This document shows, one piece after another, positions 26,301 through 38,713 of a stretch of 64,000 bases of DNA. Both the position numbers and the translations under genes were made by a program. The notes under the pieces were generated by a model. It was given only the letters and a program-made list of their open reading frames with translations, ran no database searches and was not told the DNA's origin. Location: positions 195,645 through 259,644 of the forward strand of contig RHPI01002910.1 in assembly GCA_009103225.1 (NCBI GenBank). Direction: 5' to 3'. The stretch's first letter is position 1. Each line of letters opens with the position of its first letter. This stretch comes from Chlorokybus atmophyticus (taxonomy: Eukaryota > Plantae > Mesostigma and Chlorokybus algae).

Positions 26301-27401
26301 GGGACAGGCGCAGTGGTGTCTTCCTCCGCAACCCTCGACAGCATCTCTTCGACCAGCGTCTGAGTCACACATGTGATGCATGCAAGTCATGTTGACGCAC
26401 ATGCCATGTGTATAATCAAGCATGTCTCAGAAAGTCAGTACCTGCTGTAGGTGCGCTGTTTTCTTCAGTTGTGCATCGGCGTACATGTTCTCTGCAGCAA
26501 GGTATGCTTGCACCTGCAGCAAGCTGACTGTTGGCTAATGACAGCAAGTTGCCAACGCAGTGCATGGGAGCACAGACACGCACCAACGCATAAACACGAT
26601 TGTGCGTGACGCACACACACGAACCCATGCACATACACGCACACATACACAGATGCAGTCACGCACATGTGTTGTATGCACTAAGTTGCATGCGCACATG
26701 CATACAACACTGTGCACACACATGCGCAAGCAGCACTCACCTTTGGGTCATCCAGTTGCCTCAGCCAAGCATAGTCGTCAATGATGTCCTGCCCGAACAG
26801 GTGGCTTGTTACAGGAATCTTCTTTGCTCGTGGAGGCGGCAAGTCCTGCAGCACGCATGAGGCTGCAATCAGCATCATCACCCTGGGGGTCATGTCTGAA
26901 CTGCAGTGCTGTTGCAGAGGCACACACGCACATACGGCCATGCATGCCACCAAAGGCACTTCACCATGATGTCCTGTGATGGATGCAATGCGATGGCACA
27001 TGGCACTGCGTCGCACATGCATTGTTGACGACCGCCACAACCGATGCAACATTGCATGCATACTTGGTTGCATAGAGACTCACAGCTGGGTTGCGTAGCT
27101 TGGTGATGCGGGAGAACAGGGCCAGCATGATGAGGATGATGGCGGCAGCGGCGACCAGGATGGCGGACAGGCGCAGGAGCCGCCTGGCCCATGTGCGGAC
27201 TGCGCCAGGCCGGCTACCAGGCGGAACGCCTCCTGGAAGATTGGCCTGGTCGCCTCGAGCAGACCACCTGGCATGCGCAGCTGCTGCGGCAGCCGCCGAC
27301 GACCGCCTCACGGCGCTCCTGGGACCCCCCGCCGCAGCCTTCTTGGCGCTCAGGCTGGGCGGGCTGCTCACACCCGCCTTGAGCCCCGGGCTCGCCGGCA
27401 T
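23348..27401 (-). CDS. Oligopeptidase B (S9A)-like protein with N-terminal hydrophobic anchor; nucleophile Ser replaced by Gly (probable pseudo-enzyme)
   Basis: PtrB-like segments: [90 protein letters not shown]. The nucleophile elbow reads G-T-G-A-G instead of G-G-S-A-G. Hydrophobic stretch [19 protein letters not shown] near the N-terminus; the start could lie further upstream. Confidence 0.88.
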
Positions 27402-29100
27402 TGCGCCGCTCCCCCGCTCTCAGCCTGTCCTGGCTTGGCGTGGCCTGATGTGACCCGGCCTGGCCTGGCCTGCTCCGGCCTGGCCCAGGCTGTGCTTCAC
27501 TTGCGCTCACCGCAGCGCAGCCTGCAAGCGAGCACCAGGCCAGAGCAACGTTCCCATCCCAACACACCTTGCAGCTCAACCCCCCTGCCTCCGCCGCCTG
27601 CTCCTCCGCCGCCGCCTCGGCCAGGCCAAATCAGCAGTCACGTAGCCATCTGTAGTCGAACTGCTGTTACTTAACCGCGCTACGACTTGCAATCTTCCGT
27701 TTGTTAGCCACGCAATTCAAAGTTCGAACAGCTGTTCACTCGACTGGGCATTGTCAACTGACAGCACCAGCGGCGGTGGGTCATACGACGAGGAGGAGGA
27801 CGAGGACGAGGACGAGGAGCTGGTTGTGGCAATGCTGGAGAGATCTCGATTGCCATGGATCGCAGTGTTGTGTGTGACGCTAGCGTAGTTGAGTAAGCAA
27901 TCTTGCACGGAGTGAGAGACGCCTGTTACCTGGAGCAGGAGGCAGGCAGGATCGCAGTTGAAGCTTGGTGAGTTGTTATCACATGCAGCACACACACATA
28001 TTGAGTTCTGCGCATTGAATGCAAACACATTCATATCTGGAGTGCTTATAAGCAAGTCGCATCGCAGCTTTGTAAGTGTTTGCTGGCAAGCTGATTACAT
28101 CGGTTCTGCGGGCATGCTCTTGCAGCCTGGGTGTAATGCAAGCAATCTGCCATGCAGGGTATTTAATCTTCAAACACTTTCCCAGCGTGAAAGGAATGAC
28201 ATGCTTCTTCTCGTGATGCTCTCAGTTGCAGATGCTGACTTGCGTCTGGATCTAACATAGGTAGCAGGTATATAGTCACTATTGGCGGTGTCTATACGCG
28301 CTTACTGTCATGTGGGATGGTTCTGCGTGCGCATGTGCGCGTGTGTGCATGTTCAACACAGTTCATTACGACAACCTATGTCTATGGCCAGGTGATGCAT
28401 AGGCGATCCATCAAGGCATGACTCCCTGGCAGTGAACGATCTAGCGTCCAATGCTTGTGTTTCACAAGCACAGATGTCGTGTAAGTCAGTTGAGTGCTTC
28501 AACCGCTGCACGTCATTCTGAAGGTCATGGCCCCGTCCAGCTGGCGCGTGGATGAAATACCCGCACCCCAGGACCTCATTGCGAGGTACAGTATACTCCA
28601 CCCCTCCACCACCAGTACCCACACGCACACACATGCCCTGGACGTGCTACTCACTTCCAGTGTCCCAACACACTCAATGTCAGCTGCACTTGAGCGGGGC
28701 TGGCATGATGTCTGTGTTGGCGGGTCTTTCGGGGTTCACGTCGTGTTCTGGCCCGCACGTGTTTCCCCCGTGCAAGTGCTTGTACATAGAGTCGTACGGA
28801 AAGTTCATGTTTGGTTGCATGTGGCCACGTTTGGCAGTGAGTAACGAGGGGAGGATGTGACGTGTACAAACCCACATGAGCAACAGTGCAGCACGCGCAT
28901 GCTTCAGTTTGGGCGCTAGCATTCGCGCCCCCGTGCGCGTGTGTCCAGTTCTACTTCACTCATGTGCAAGTCATTTAGTTGTCAGTAGCTGAGAAGGGCC
29001 CAAGTGAGCATTGCTATCCTTGCAAACAGGACACCAGCTTATGTACGACCACAGCAAGGTCTACACTGATTGGTCATTCAACTAACTCATGGTCTCGCAG

Positions 29101-29905
29101 GTGGCGAGCATTGGCGCTGCTTGATGAGCTCTTCAGACAACGGAGCGACAACTGGTGCTTCCGCTTTGAGCCCTTGGCTGAGGGTAAGCGTGGCTTCAGA
29201 GTCAATCTCAGTCTCAAACGCATGGTTGACAACTCTACCTGCAAGCTCCTGTTCAAACACAGTGCTGACTGCTAGACAACAACACTTTCAGGCATCTTTT
29301 ATGATGCAACAACAGCACTGCTGTGTTGTGATAGTGCTGAGCAGCGGCCACAGGATATTGACAGCATACACTCACTGCCATGTACAGGAGGGGTGTTGGC
29401 TTCATGGGACGACGGCTCAGGCAATCAGTGTCACTTGAGGGTGGGGGAGGCGGGCGCGCTGCTGTGGGGCTTCGACCACGAGTGTCCCATGAGTCCATGG
29501 GCTTCCAATAATCCACCCGAGGTGTGGCCTGGCCTGCTGGACGGCATGCCCGGCGCTCTCACCGCATACTTGAAGCAGAAGCCATTCGACCGGGAGCGGG
29601 TCTCATTCTGCCTCTGGCACGTGACGGGTGTTGGGTGGAGCACCGGTGATGTGGACTACCCCGAGCACGACTTTGGGGACCCCGATGGCAGCCGTTCGAT
29701 CCTCACTCACATCTTGGAGAGCCGCGAAGGCGTCACCGACTGGGCTGAGAGCTACTACGGCTGCACCATTGACGAGGAGGCTGTTGGACGGTTGCTCTCT
29801 GCGGAGGCAATGGATGCCGCCTGCATACTGAGCCTCGCGCCCGGTGCTGATGTGGGTGTGGCGGTGAGCTTTGCCAAGAGTTTAGGATATGCTGTGAGAA
29901 AGTGA
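29101..29905 (+). CDS. Hypothetical protein of bacterial appearance; exons 29101-~29183 and 29388-29905; 5' exon/start unresolved
   Basis: The junction GAG G|GTAAGC...TACAG|GA joins in frame: WRALALLDELF...LAEGGVLASWDDGSGNQ...LWGFDHECPMSPW...VWPGLLDGMP...VSFCLWH...DPDGS...WAESYYG...SLGY*. The motif order recalls uncharacterised actinobacterial proteins (from memory, unsearched). Confidence 0.7.
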
Positions 29906-30581
29906 TGTGTTGAGTATGTCCGTCATTTGCTGAGCTTAGTAGCTGTGCAGGGAGGATCGTGCACATCACACCTAGGTGCTGCAAAATGAACTCAATCCCA
30001 TATCATGCCTCGAGTGCCATGGCTGTCTTCACTAGAACTTGTTGCATACTAGTTACAACCCAATCAGAGAATGCTGCAGCATTCACCGCCCTGTTTCGGT
30101 GCCACCACTCAGGCCTCAATGCAGATGTGCTAGTATGGCATAGGCATGTCCTTTTAATACTTGGTTACATGCGATGTGGTGGGCTCAAGTCACACGATCA
30201 GGCATGTGATGCAGACTGCGTAGCTTTTGTTGGTACACATGGTACATTTGGTACACTAGGCACTGTGTTATGTCATGATCTGTGTTTTATAATGTGCAGG
30301 GCTTGTGCATTCACATCGCAGCCAAATCGTCGAAGCATGCAAGCATTCCCAAGGATTACTTTGACGTGACCTCTGCAAAGTAGTTGACTCAGTAACATTG
30401 TGTGGCTTGTATGTGACAAGTAATCAGTGCTGCCAGACATGTAAATCACAGGCTAAGCGCACAAGCCCAAAGCACACACACCAAAGTAATTCCTGTGGTT
30501 TGATACTGTACAAGTTAGGTAGGTAGCGGCCATGCTGGTTGTACACAGCTGGACACATAGTAGCTGGCAGCTAGAAGGCAC

Positions 30582-33500
30582 TCATTCACTGTCAGATTCT
30601 TCAGTCTCACTCTCCGAAGATAACTCACTTTGACTAGCTTCACTGCTGTCGTCGCTGGCATCCACATGGACACTTTTCGCGTCTTCGCTCTTCACCGGCT
30701 TGGAGGCCATCATGGACATGCGGTTGAGCGCGTTTGCTTTGCTTTGCCTGCCCGGTCTCATCACCCTGGTTGCGGATGTTGCAAGGGACTCTTCACTTGC
30801 TTTGGATGAAATCGACGCTCTTGACACGGATGTCTTTGGCGCATGTGCTCTTGACTTGCGCCCTGTAAGACACAGCATCAGTGGCTTTACATACCAACAT
30901 GCGATATGCGTGTATGCTCTCGCAGTGGACAGGCTGCACATTTACGGGGCTGTAGACACTGGTATGCATACCTCGTTGCCGGCTTGTTGTGGTCACGTCT
31001 GATGCTTCACTGAACGGCAGCTGGTCTGAGGCCTGCTGCTCCACCATGAGCTGTTGTGCAAGTCCTGTCGAAACAACACAGCTTAGGAAGTAGTGCAGGA
31101 ATAGTGCCGCTGACATGAGCCAAGAGCGCATACCTGCAAACTGTGCAAGCTCTTCATTGGATAGCCCCTGCTGTGGAGTATGGTCCAAAGCAGCCAACTT
31201 CTGGCGGAAGGCTGTCACAAGCTTGATGGAAGGTTTGTCCACCAGTATCTCAAGTATGCTGCACAACAATGGACCTGTTGTTTCATGCACTTCATCCACA
31301 AGCAATCGTATTACAGGCATGGTGCCTACCTGTCCACACGGTTCAGCATCATGCGTATTTCCAGCTGTTTGGATGGCCTGAATGACAGCCCGCACAGGGT
31401 CTTGCATAGCGCTGCAGCATAAGCTGCGCATGTGCCAGTGCTTTGTGGCAACCCAATAATCTCCAGTGCTATTGCAATTCCCAAGCGCTCTTGCCCTTGG
31501 TCTGCGTCTTGACTCGTCTCCTGATTCTGCGTATGTCCAGGAATGTGTAGTAAACATGTTGTTGCTCAAGATCTTCTCACATGGCATCATGACCTGCCTA
31601 GACAATGCAAGTTGTGTCATCAATGGGCAGTGTTGGCGTCAGTGTACCTCAGCTGACAGCAATGGTGTTTGCAAAAGTTGCAGCATGTACGATGCCAGCT
31701 TTTGGACTTGCTTGCGTTTGATGGTGTCCGCACCCTCTCTGCACAAGACTCTTCTCAAAGCAGGCAGGAACGCCTTGCTGAGGACCACCTGAGTAAAGTT
31801 ATTTCAAGCATTGCCCAAATTGACAGTAAACAATGAGCATTATGGCACAACCCTTGATGCATTAAGCACATGAGGTTAAGCCTGTACAAGTGCACTGCAT
31901 GGCATTAACGTGCAATCAAGCATAGTACTACATTACCTGATGGCTGGCTGATGACGCTGCATAGGTGCAGAAGAATACAGATAGGCACTGCTGCAGCCTG
32001 CAAGTAGCGACTGTTATTTCACACAATGTATGCTTTGGGGGCAAGGCAACCACAGATGCACGCACAACATTACCTCGAGGATGTGCATTCTGCCTGGTTG
32101 AAGTACAGCACCAGCAACCCCGCCAACACTTGTTCAGGCGCGTCGAGCACTCTGTCAAACATCAACAGCTTGGCAAAACCTTCTGCAGCCACCGACTGCA
32201 TGTCTACCCAAGGGTCCTCGGCATCGACGTCCAGTTCAGCAGAAGCATCATCTGCGTCGTCAACGATCTCATGGCTAGTTTCTGAGCTTTTGCTCAGCAA
32301 CCCTATATAGAGCGTATCATCAGTACTATGCCACAGATGCAACAAACCGCTGGTTACAAAAGACCAGCTACCTTGGAGCAGTGTGGTCAACGGTAGCGAG
32401 TCTGCGGCACTGCCTGCATCTTGTACTGTGACATCCGGCACGAGAAGAGTGGAGTCGAGATGTGTGGTAGTGTGTGAAATTGCAAGGTCAAACAGAGCAC
32501 GAGCTGCCTGCACGAGCATGACGCGTTTAACACACGTGGCGGCACAGCAACTGCACAGGTCAAGTGACCAACCTGTACCTGTATGCGGACACATAATGCA
32601 TCAGCTTGCAGAGCCACCCGCAACAGGCGACTGTGCACCACAGCTGCCTCTGGATCCAACAAGCAGTACAGCCCAATGCACCGCACAGCTTCTGCTCTAA
32701 CTGTAGTGTCTGTGTTGGTGACCTGCAAGAACTTGATCCGTCAACGTCATCACCAAAAATATAGATAACCGGGCAGCTACCTAATGCTGATGGGCATGAA
32801 GGCAGCAAGTCAAACTTCACTTGCAGTGTGCAACAAGGCAGCCAATATCACTTACTGCGGTTAGCAGAACTGACTTCAACAGCTCAGAGGGACTCATGGT
32901 GGAGCACTTCAGCGACCTTGTTGACGATACGTCCTCAAGAAGCAGGCTTGTGACCTTCACAACCACGCGGCACATGCAAGTGAATCTTTACTGCTTCCTA
33001 TGCACGAAGTGCAAAAGCACGAGACAGAGCTTGGCATGCACCTGCAAGCATCGGACCCACTGCTTGCAGGAGTCCACTTCAGCTTGTTGGCTACTCCACG
33101 TAGCAGCGCCATCACGAGTATTGCGCAGCTCTTCTGCAATTTTCATTAGCTCCTCTACAAGTGCAGCCTGTGTATGCAGCTGGAATCAGACTGACAAGCA
33201 TAAGTTGGACGATGCCATCGTATTGCAAAGTTGCCTACCTGATCACCCAGGACATGTTTGATGGCATCATACTGAGCACGAAGCCAGTGCCTGATAGGAT
33301 CTGCGTCTAGAGTCACATCCTTCAGCAGGCCAACAAGGAACTGGGTCCCAGCTCGTCTGCTTGTGCCATCCGCAAAGTCATAACAGGAAAGGAGCTGCAG
33401 CAATTGACGAGACGCGAACAAGCAGTCTGGCCCTGCAAATCAAATGCAAGCTGTAGTTCATGGTATAGCAACCTGTAAGTAAGTAGTGTCAACTACCTGC

Positions 33501-35623
33501 GGCGGTGTGTTGCTTGATGAGGTCCACCAACTCAGCAACTGTTGCCGGGAGAATCTCTTCCAGAAGAGTGTGTTTCTCGTCAGCAGCAGCCGCAGCAACA
33601 GCCTGTGAGTTTAACAACCACAAGTACCTAGCGTCATTACCCCTTAGTGAGAGAACTTGCACGTACAGGCTGTTATACCGAGCAAGTATTGCATACCGCT
33701 TCTGCACCAGTTGAGGTGGCTGCTTTGCTGCTGTGCTCCGCTGCCTCTGCATGGAGGCGCAGACAGTGAACCCTCCACCACAACGCTTGTTCTGCAGCGA
33801 GCGTGGTTGCGCCATAAACTGCTTGCTCAATTTCTGCTGCACCGTCCTCACAATCGCTTTGGTCGCTACAACTGCTTGGCACAGCATCCTCGACGCTGCG
33901 CTGCCCAGCTGCCAGCCCGTTTTTGGCAGGCAGCATGCGCAGGCTTGTGCCTGCTGGCAGCTTAGCAGCCTTCATCGTAATCAGCTCCACCAAAACGGTT
34001 TCTGCAACCTTCTCGTGACGCTCCACATCCAAGTGGCGCAACAGCTCGACGGCATCACCATCGCAGTTCTTCAACCACGCAGGCAGCAGTTTCTCTGCGC
34101 ATGCAGCTCGTACAACAGGGGCTCTGTCTGCCAGGCCTCGTCGCAGCAGCAGCACCCTCTGCGCGATGCTGGCATGTAACAAGTTCAGCACTGGTATCAA
34201 AGTGTGCGATGAGGATGCAGTGTACTGACTTTCGTTTCGTTCCAAGGAACCTGCACTGACCTACTCTGCAACACTACACTGCGTCATGTGCAATTACAAG
34301 CAGGCCATGCAAGGTTACCTGAGGCTCTTGATGTGCACCTTTGAAGCCAGTGCCATATAGGAAACCCTTCGTACATCATCACTCACATCTCGGGTGCGGT
34401 CAATGATGCTGCTGATGGTGTTCCCAGTCATGTCAATAGCAGCTAGCACATACTTTCGGACATCCTGCACACCACATGCCAATAGTAAACTTTGCTCATA
34501 AGACAGCGAGGTTCGACAGAACAGCAACCATGTTGCACCACCTTGTTCTTTTCGGACGCAAGAATCTGTAGGTATGCGGCGGTAACAGGGTCATTCTCAC
34601 CCTTGTCAGGCTCTTGCATGCGTGCCAACGCCCTTGCAGCCTGAGACCGCACTGCAGGTATCTGCTGGTGCAGATGCTTAGTTTGTTGACGCCAACGAGC
34701 AGTTGCATGCTTGTTTGCAAATAACATACTCTACTGCAAAGTGCTGACCTTGTCTTTCAAGCGAGCGACCATTGCATTGCGCACTACTTCATAGACCTGG
34801 TCCATCAAGCCAGCATCCTCGTCAAGGCTGTGCATAATGGCAGCAACCAGCTGGCAGGTGCGATACCGTACAGCCTTGTCTTTGCAGCAAGATAGATCAG
34901 CCTGCGACGAAAACAATAGTTAGACTGGCCCCAATGGCTATGTAAACGGCAGCACAAGTGCATGCCGATGCAAAACTGCTGCATCAACACCAAAAATACT
35001 TCAACACAATGCAGTGCAACCAGTTGTCTGCTTGTAGGTTGTGTGTTCAGTATGCCTTGCGCCAGGCTGAAACAACTGTGCCTATGATAATGTGCGCTGA
35101 GGTTGGACAAATGTGAAGAGAGAAGGGTCCACACAAGTGGCGGCAAGAAAACAGCTAGCTCATCAATGCTTACCAAGTATGTAAGAAGGGCTTCAACAAA
35201 TTCTTCATCATCTTCACTCTGCTTGTCACGGAAGGTGGCTAGTGCAGTGACGAACTTTAACAGTCGATCAACCTGACAGGCACGTTGCGTTTCACATCTT
35301 GCTGCAGACTTCCCACAGCATAGGCAAACTTGCCGGCAATATGACTCTACACAGCGCATCAAGAAACCGGGCGCAGGGGCGTAAGGAAGATTTTCCACCC
35401 AATGTCAGAATGCCAGGGAACTGTGGTCTTTCACCTCCACAGAGCGGTTGAAGACAAGCAGCGCATGCTTCAAAGCCAAGCAGAGCTGGCGCAAGAACTC
35501 GTCACGGTCCTTCCTGCGCTGGTCCGCCAGCATCTTGACGTACTTCTTGTGGCACCCCACGGACAGCTGGCACTCTGTCAGCGCCCGCGCCAGCCCAGGC
35601 GCCACAACCACCGGCCCGCCCAT
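30582..35623 (-). CDS. CAPG: Condensin I HEAT-repeat subunit CAP-G (Ycg1/Cnd3)
   Basis: Spliced segments DRLLKF, DKAVRYRTCQLVA, RLKDKIPAVRSQAARALARMQ, DVRKYVL, IIDRTRDVSDDVRR, LRRGLADR...WLKNCDGDAVELLRHLDVERHEKVAE, DFADGTSRR, VRAEAVRCIGLYCL, AAEGFAKLL and an acidic tail ending SETEESDSE*. Confidence 0.9.
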
Positions 35624-35781
35624 GATCAGAATCAGAACGCACGCCACGCCACTCCTGGACAGCACCCTCACCACCTCCTCGCCTCCACCATGACGCCCAC
35701 GCTCAAGCCCTCACCCACACCGCCGCCACCGTCGCCGCCACGCTCGCCAACGTTCAGATGGATGCCACAATTTGAACATTA

Positions 35782-35797
35782 GGCGGGAAAACCCTAA
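35782..35797 (-). promoter_or_regulatory. Overlapping E2F site (TTTTCCCGCC) and telo-box (AAACCCTAA) about 160 nt upstream of the CAP-G start
   Basis: Sequence GGCGGGAAAACCCTAA at 35782-35797, in the divergent promoter of a cell-cycle gene. Confidence 0.55.
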
Positions 35798-36597
35798 GTT
35801 CAAACCGGCTTGACAAGTCGGGCTCTTTCGATCCGGTACTGCATGCTTAGGGTTCAGCCGCTGGACGACGTTGCTGTGGGCGTCGCTGCCGGCGTCGTCC
35901 GCGTCGACAGCGGTGTGGACTGTGGACTTTGTTTCTGCAGTTCTGCGGAGAGGTGTGCTCAGATTAGTGGGGCATTGATTGAGGTTGCCGCGCTGTTCTT
36001 GACGCTGGTACACCTGGACTATCGGCAAGAGCGCTGCCACGGGGCTGGCGACTCCGGCTTTGCAGAAGCGTGCAACAAACACTGCTTCCGCTTTGCTCTC
36101 AGCAGGCATGTGTCTGTTGGTTGTTTTGCAACCATTGAGTATTCAGCTTGTCGCCTCTTGTACGCTTCGTGGCGTCTGAACCGCTTTACGAAGTTGCATG
36201 GCTATTCTGATGTTGACGTTGCATGCGACGTGTGCTTGGGATTGCGAACAGCACAGTGCCCGTCTGAAAGTTACTTCGGTCAGCACTGACGTGCACTGTA
36301 TGGACCAATTCCACCATCAGTAGAATGTGTGCGATGTGCAAGATGTGGTGTTTCTTGACAATTGTGCGTTGAAGTAGTACTCCTTTGGAAGCCATGCTAG
36401 AGCTTGCTGGTGATGTGACATGTGTTAACATTGGTTCCATGCTCAATGGTGATCATTGTCGACGCTTGCATGGCAATTATCCATTCATTAGCCAAGTTGC
36501 CTGTGACACAGCATGTGATGTGGTTTTTGTGTTGTGTCGGCAGGGCAATGATAAGCATGCACGCGTAACGCGCCAACCATAAGGCAATTGCGCGTGC

Positions 36598-38713
36598 ATG
36601 GAGAGCGTGCTCGCGCTGCGACCAGCTCTACTTGGCAGGCCAATACCACTGAGACACGGTCTACAGCAGTCGTCGTCATTGCGTAGCCGGACATGCAGGC
36701 CGTGCAGACCCACTACCTGCTGCAGAGAGGAGCCAAGTGCGTCTCCCGCGCGCTCGCCGGGAGGCGTGACCCAAAAACTTGCGCAGAGCGCCTCAGAAGC
36801 GGAAGAAGATGGTGACCCTTGGGCTTGGGGCTCAGTCAACAAAAATCCGAAGCTCGTTGCTGCACAACAGTTGGCTGCATTGCAGCAGCGCGCTGAACAG
36901 CCGCGAGCGTTGTGCCGCAGCTGCAACCAGCGCTTGCTGTTGACACAATTTGAGGTGTCCAGGTTGGTATTCTCAAGGGGCTGCATCACATCACTTGTGT
37001 TGCATGTATTTGTTGCAACGCCATGCCATCAAGTCAGACACACTGATGCGGTTGCAGTGATGGATCGAGGAAGTTGCGCTGCCGCACTTGCCGAAAGGCG
37101 TTTTTGGACACAATCAAAGAAAAGGTTAAGGTAAGGGTCTGGTAGTCTCAAACGCCATGGACAAAAGTGAGCTTTATGTTTGCTTGTAGACCTGGAACAC
37201 TGTGAGCATGCCATCATTGGCAAAGAGTGCAAGACTTGTGCATCTGAATAACCACTGTGTTTATACATGTTTATACATGTCTATACATGCACTAAGAAGC
37301 GATACAATGTGTGAAAGTTGCATTAGCTGTCTACTGCGTGGGTGTAGTTTTATCAACTGGGCGTTGCATAGTTTCATCATTCTCACACTGGCTCGGTGCA
37401 GGAGAAGCCACTCGCCATTGCAAAAGCGTTAAGCACTGCAGTGCGAGTTCCAGGGACCAAGAAGGTGAAGCCGGGGCTGGACTCTCCTGACATGCTGCTG
37501 CAGGTTATGGCAGGCCAGTCCCCATGAATGATGATGTTTCCGTGCTGACAGCTCTTGATCCTGCATATACATATCTGTGAGCTGGAGTGTTCCTCCATCA
37601 TGCAAGCTTTGTCGATCATAGACGCACCAGTGTTTGGTTGTTACACATCTTTGGTCTGTCTGGAGTCATTATGTAGGCATCCCATACTCACTTCTACTAC
37701 CTGTCTGCAGACATGAAGCTCTGCAGGAGTTGTGGTAGCATCAAGACGACAGACTCCTTCTATCGCAGCAGGTACCGCTCGCGGAGCCATAGCACACTGT
37801 CATTGTCATCATGTGCTACAGGTTGACTGATTTGCTTAGGTTGCTGGTGACACAAGGCCATCCCTTGCAGGAAAACTTCACGGCTGCGTTGGGAGTGCAA
37901 GGAGTGCACTGCAGCCATAGCCAAAAGGCACAGGCTAGCCAAGAAACCCGTGGCAGAACCTCTGCCGGGGAAGAAGTGCACGGTATGTTTGCAAATTCAA
38001 CCCTCGCAGGCAATGCTGCCACATGTTTGGCGAGTACACGCTGTATGGCATGCCGAGTAGCATATTGTCAATCGGGTTTGTAGGCTGTAAGGGTATGCAT
38101 GTAGTTGAGGCTGCTGCTCAGCACATGTTGTGAATAACTTGCTTGTGTGCCCCAAACACCTGGTGCTACAACTTTGCCGGTGCAGGTTTGCGGGCTGAAC
38201 AAGCCTGCTGCCGAATTTCATTCTTCCCGTTGGGTGCATTCGGGACTGCGACCAGCCTGCAAACAGTGCACGCAAGCAAAAGCGTTGCTGCGGCCTCAAG
38301 TTGATAGCCAATCAATGCCTGCCCCAGTACCACCAGTTGAACTGTTGGCTGCAATCGAGGCCATCAATAGGACACCACGTAAGTGATCCAGAAGTGTATA
38401 CATATGTTGAAAAGTTTCATGTGTAGCTGATGTCTATGCGTGTGCAGGACGCAAAGTCAAACTGCAACCTGGAGACTTCATCTCCAAAACCAAGGTGCGC
38501 ATGCTTGAAGGTGATGCGTTGGAGGCAGCGAAGCAGTATTCCGTCGAAATGAAGCGTTACAAGAGACACCTGGCGGATTACGAGAAGCTGCTTGCCGCCC
38601 GCGCATACCTGAAAGAGACAAAAGCAGACGTGAAAGGAACCAGCGACCCAGTGGTTGAGTGGCGTGGCGCAGCGCGCCCAATGCGAAGCACCCTACTGCG
38701 GAGTCCCCGATAA
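36598..38713 (+). CDS. Protein with transit-peptide-like N-terminus and three CxxC...CxxC zinc-finger repeats; about 7 exons
   Basis: Spliced: CRSCNQRLLLTQFEVSSDGSRKLRCRTCRK; KLCRSCGSIKTTDSFYRSRKTSRLRWECKEC; KKCTVCGLNKPAAEFHSSRWVHSGLRPACKQC. N-terminus MESVLALRPALLGRPIPLRHGLQQSSSLRSR is Ser/Arg-rich; TAA at 38711-38713. One junction (~37503-37711) is uncertain. Confidence 0.72.

Noticed and set aside
27717-28875. Possible small minus-strand gene between the OPB-like and orphan genes
   Set aside because: A Ser-rich open segment exists, but no consistent exon chain or recognisable product could be built.
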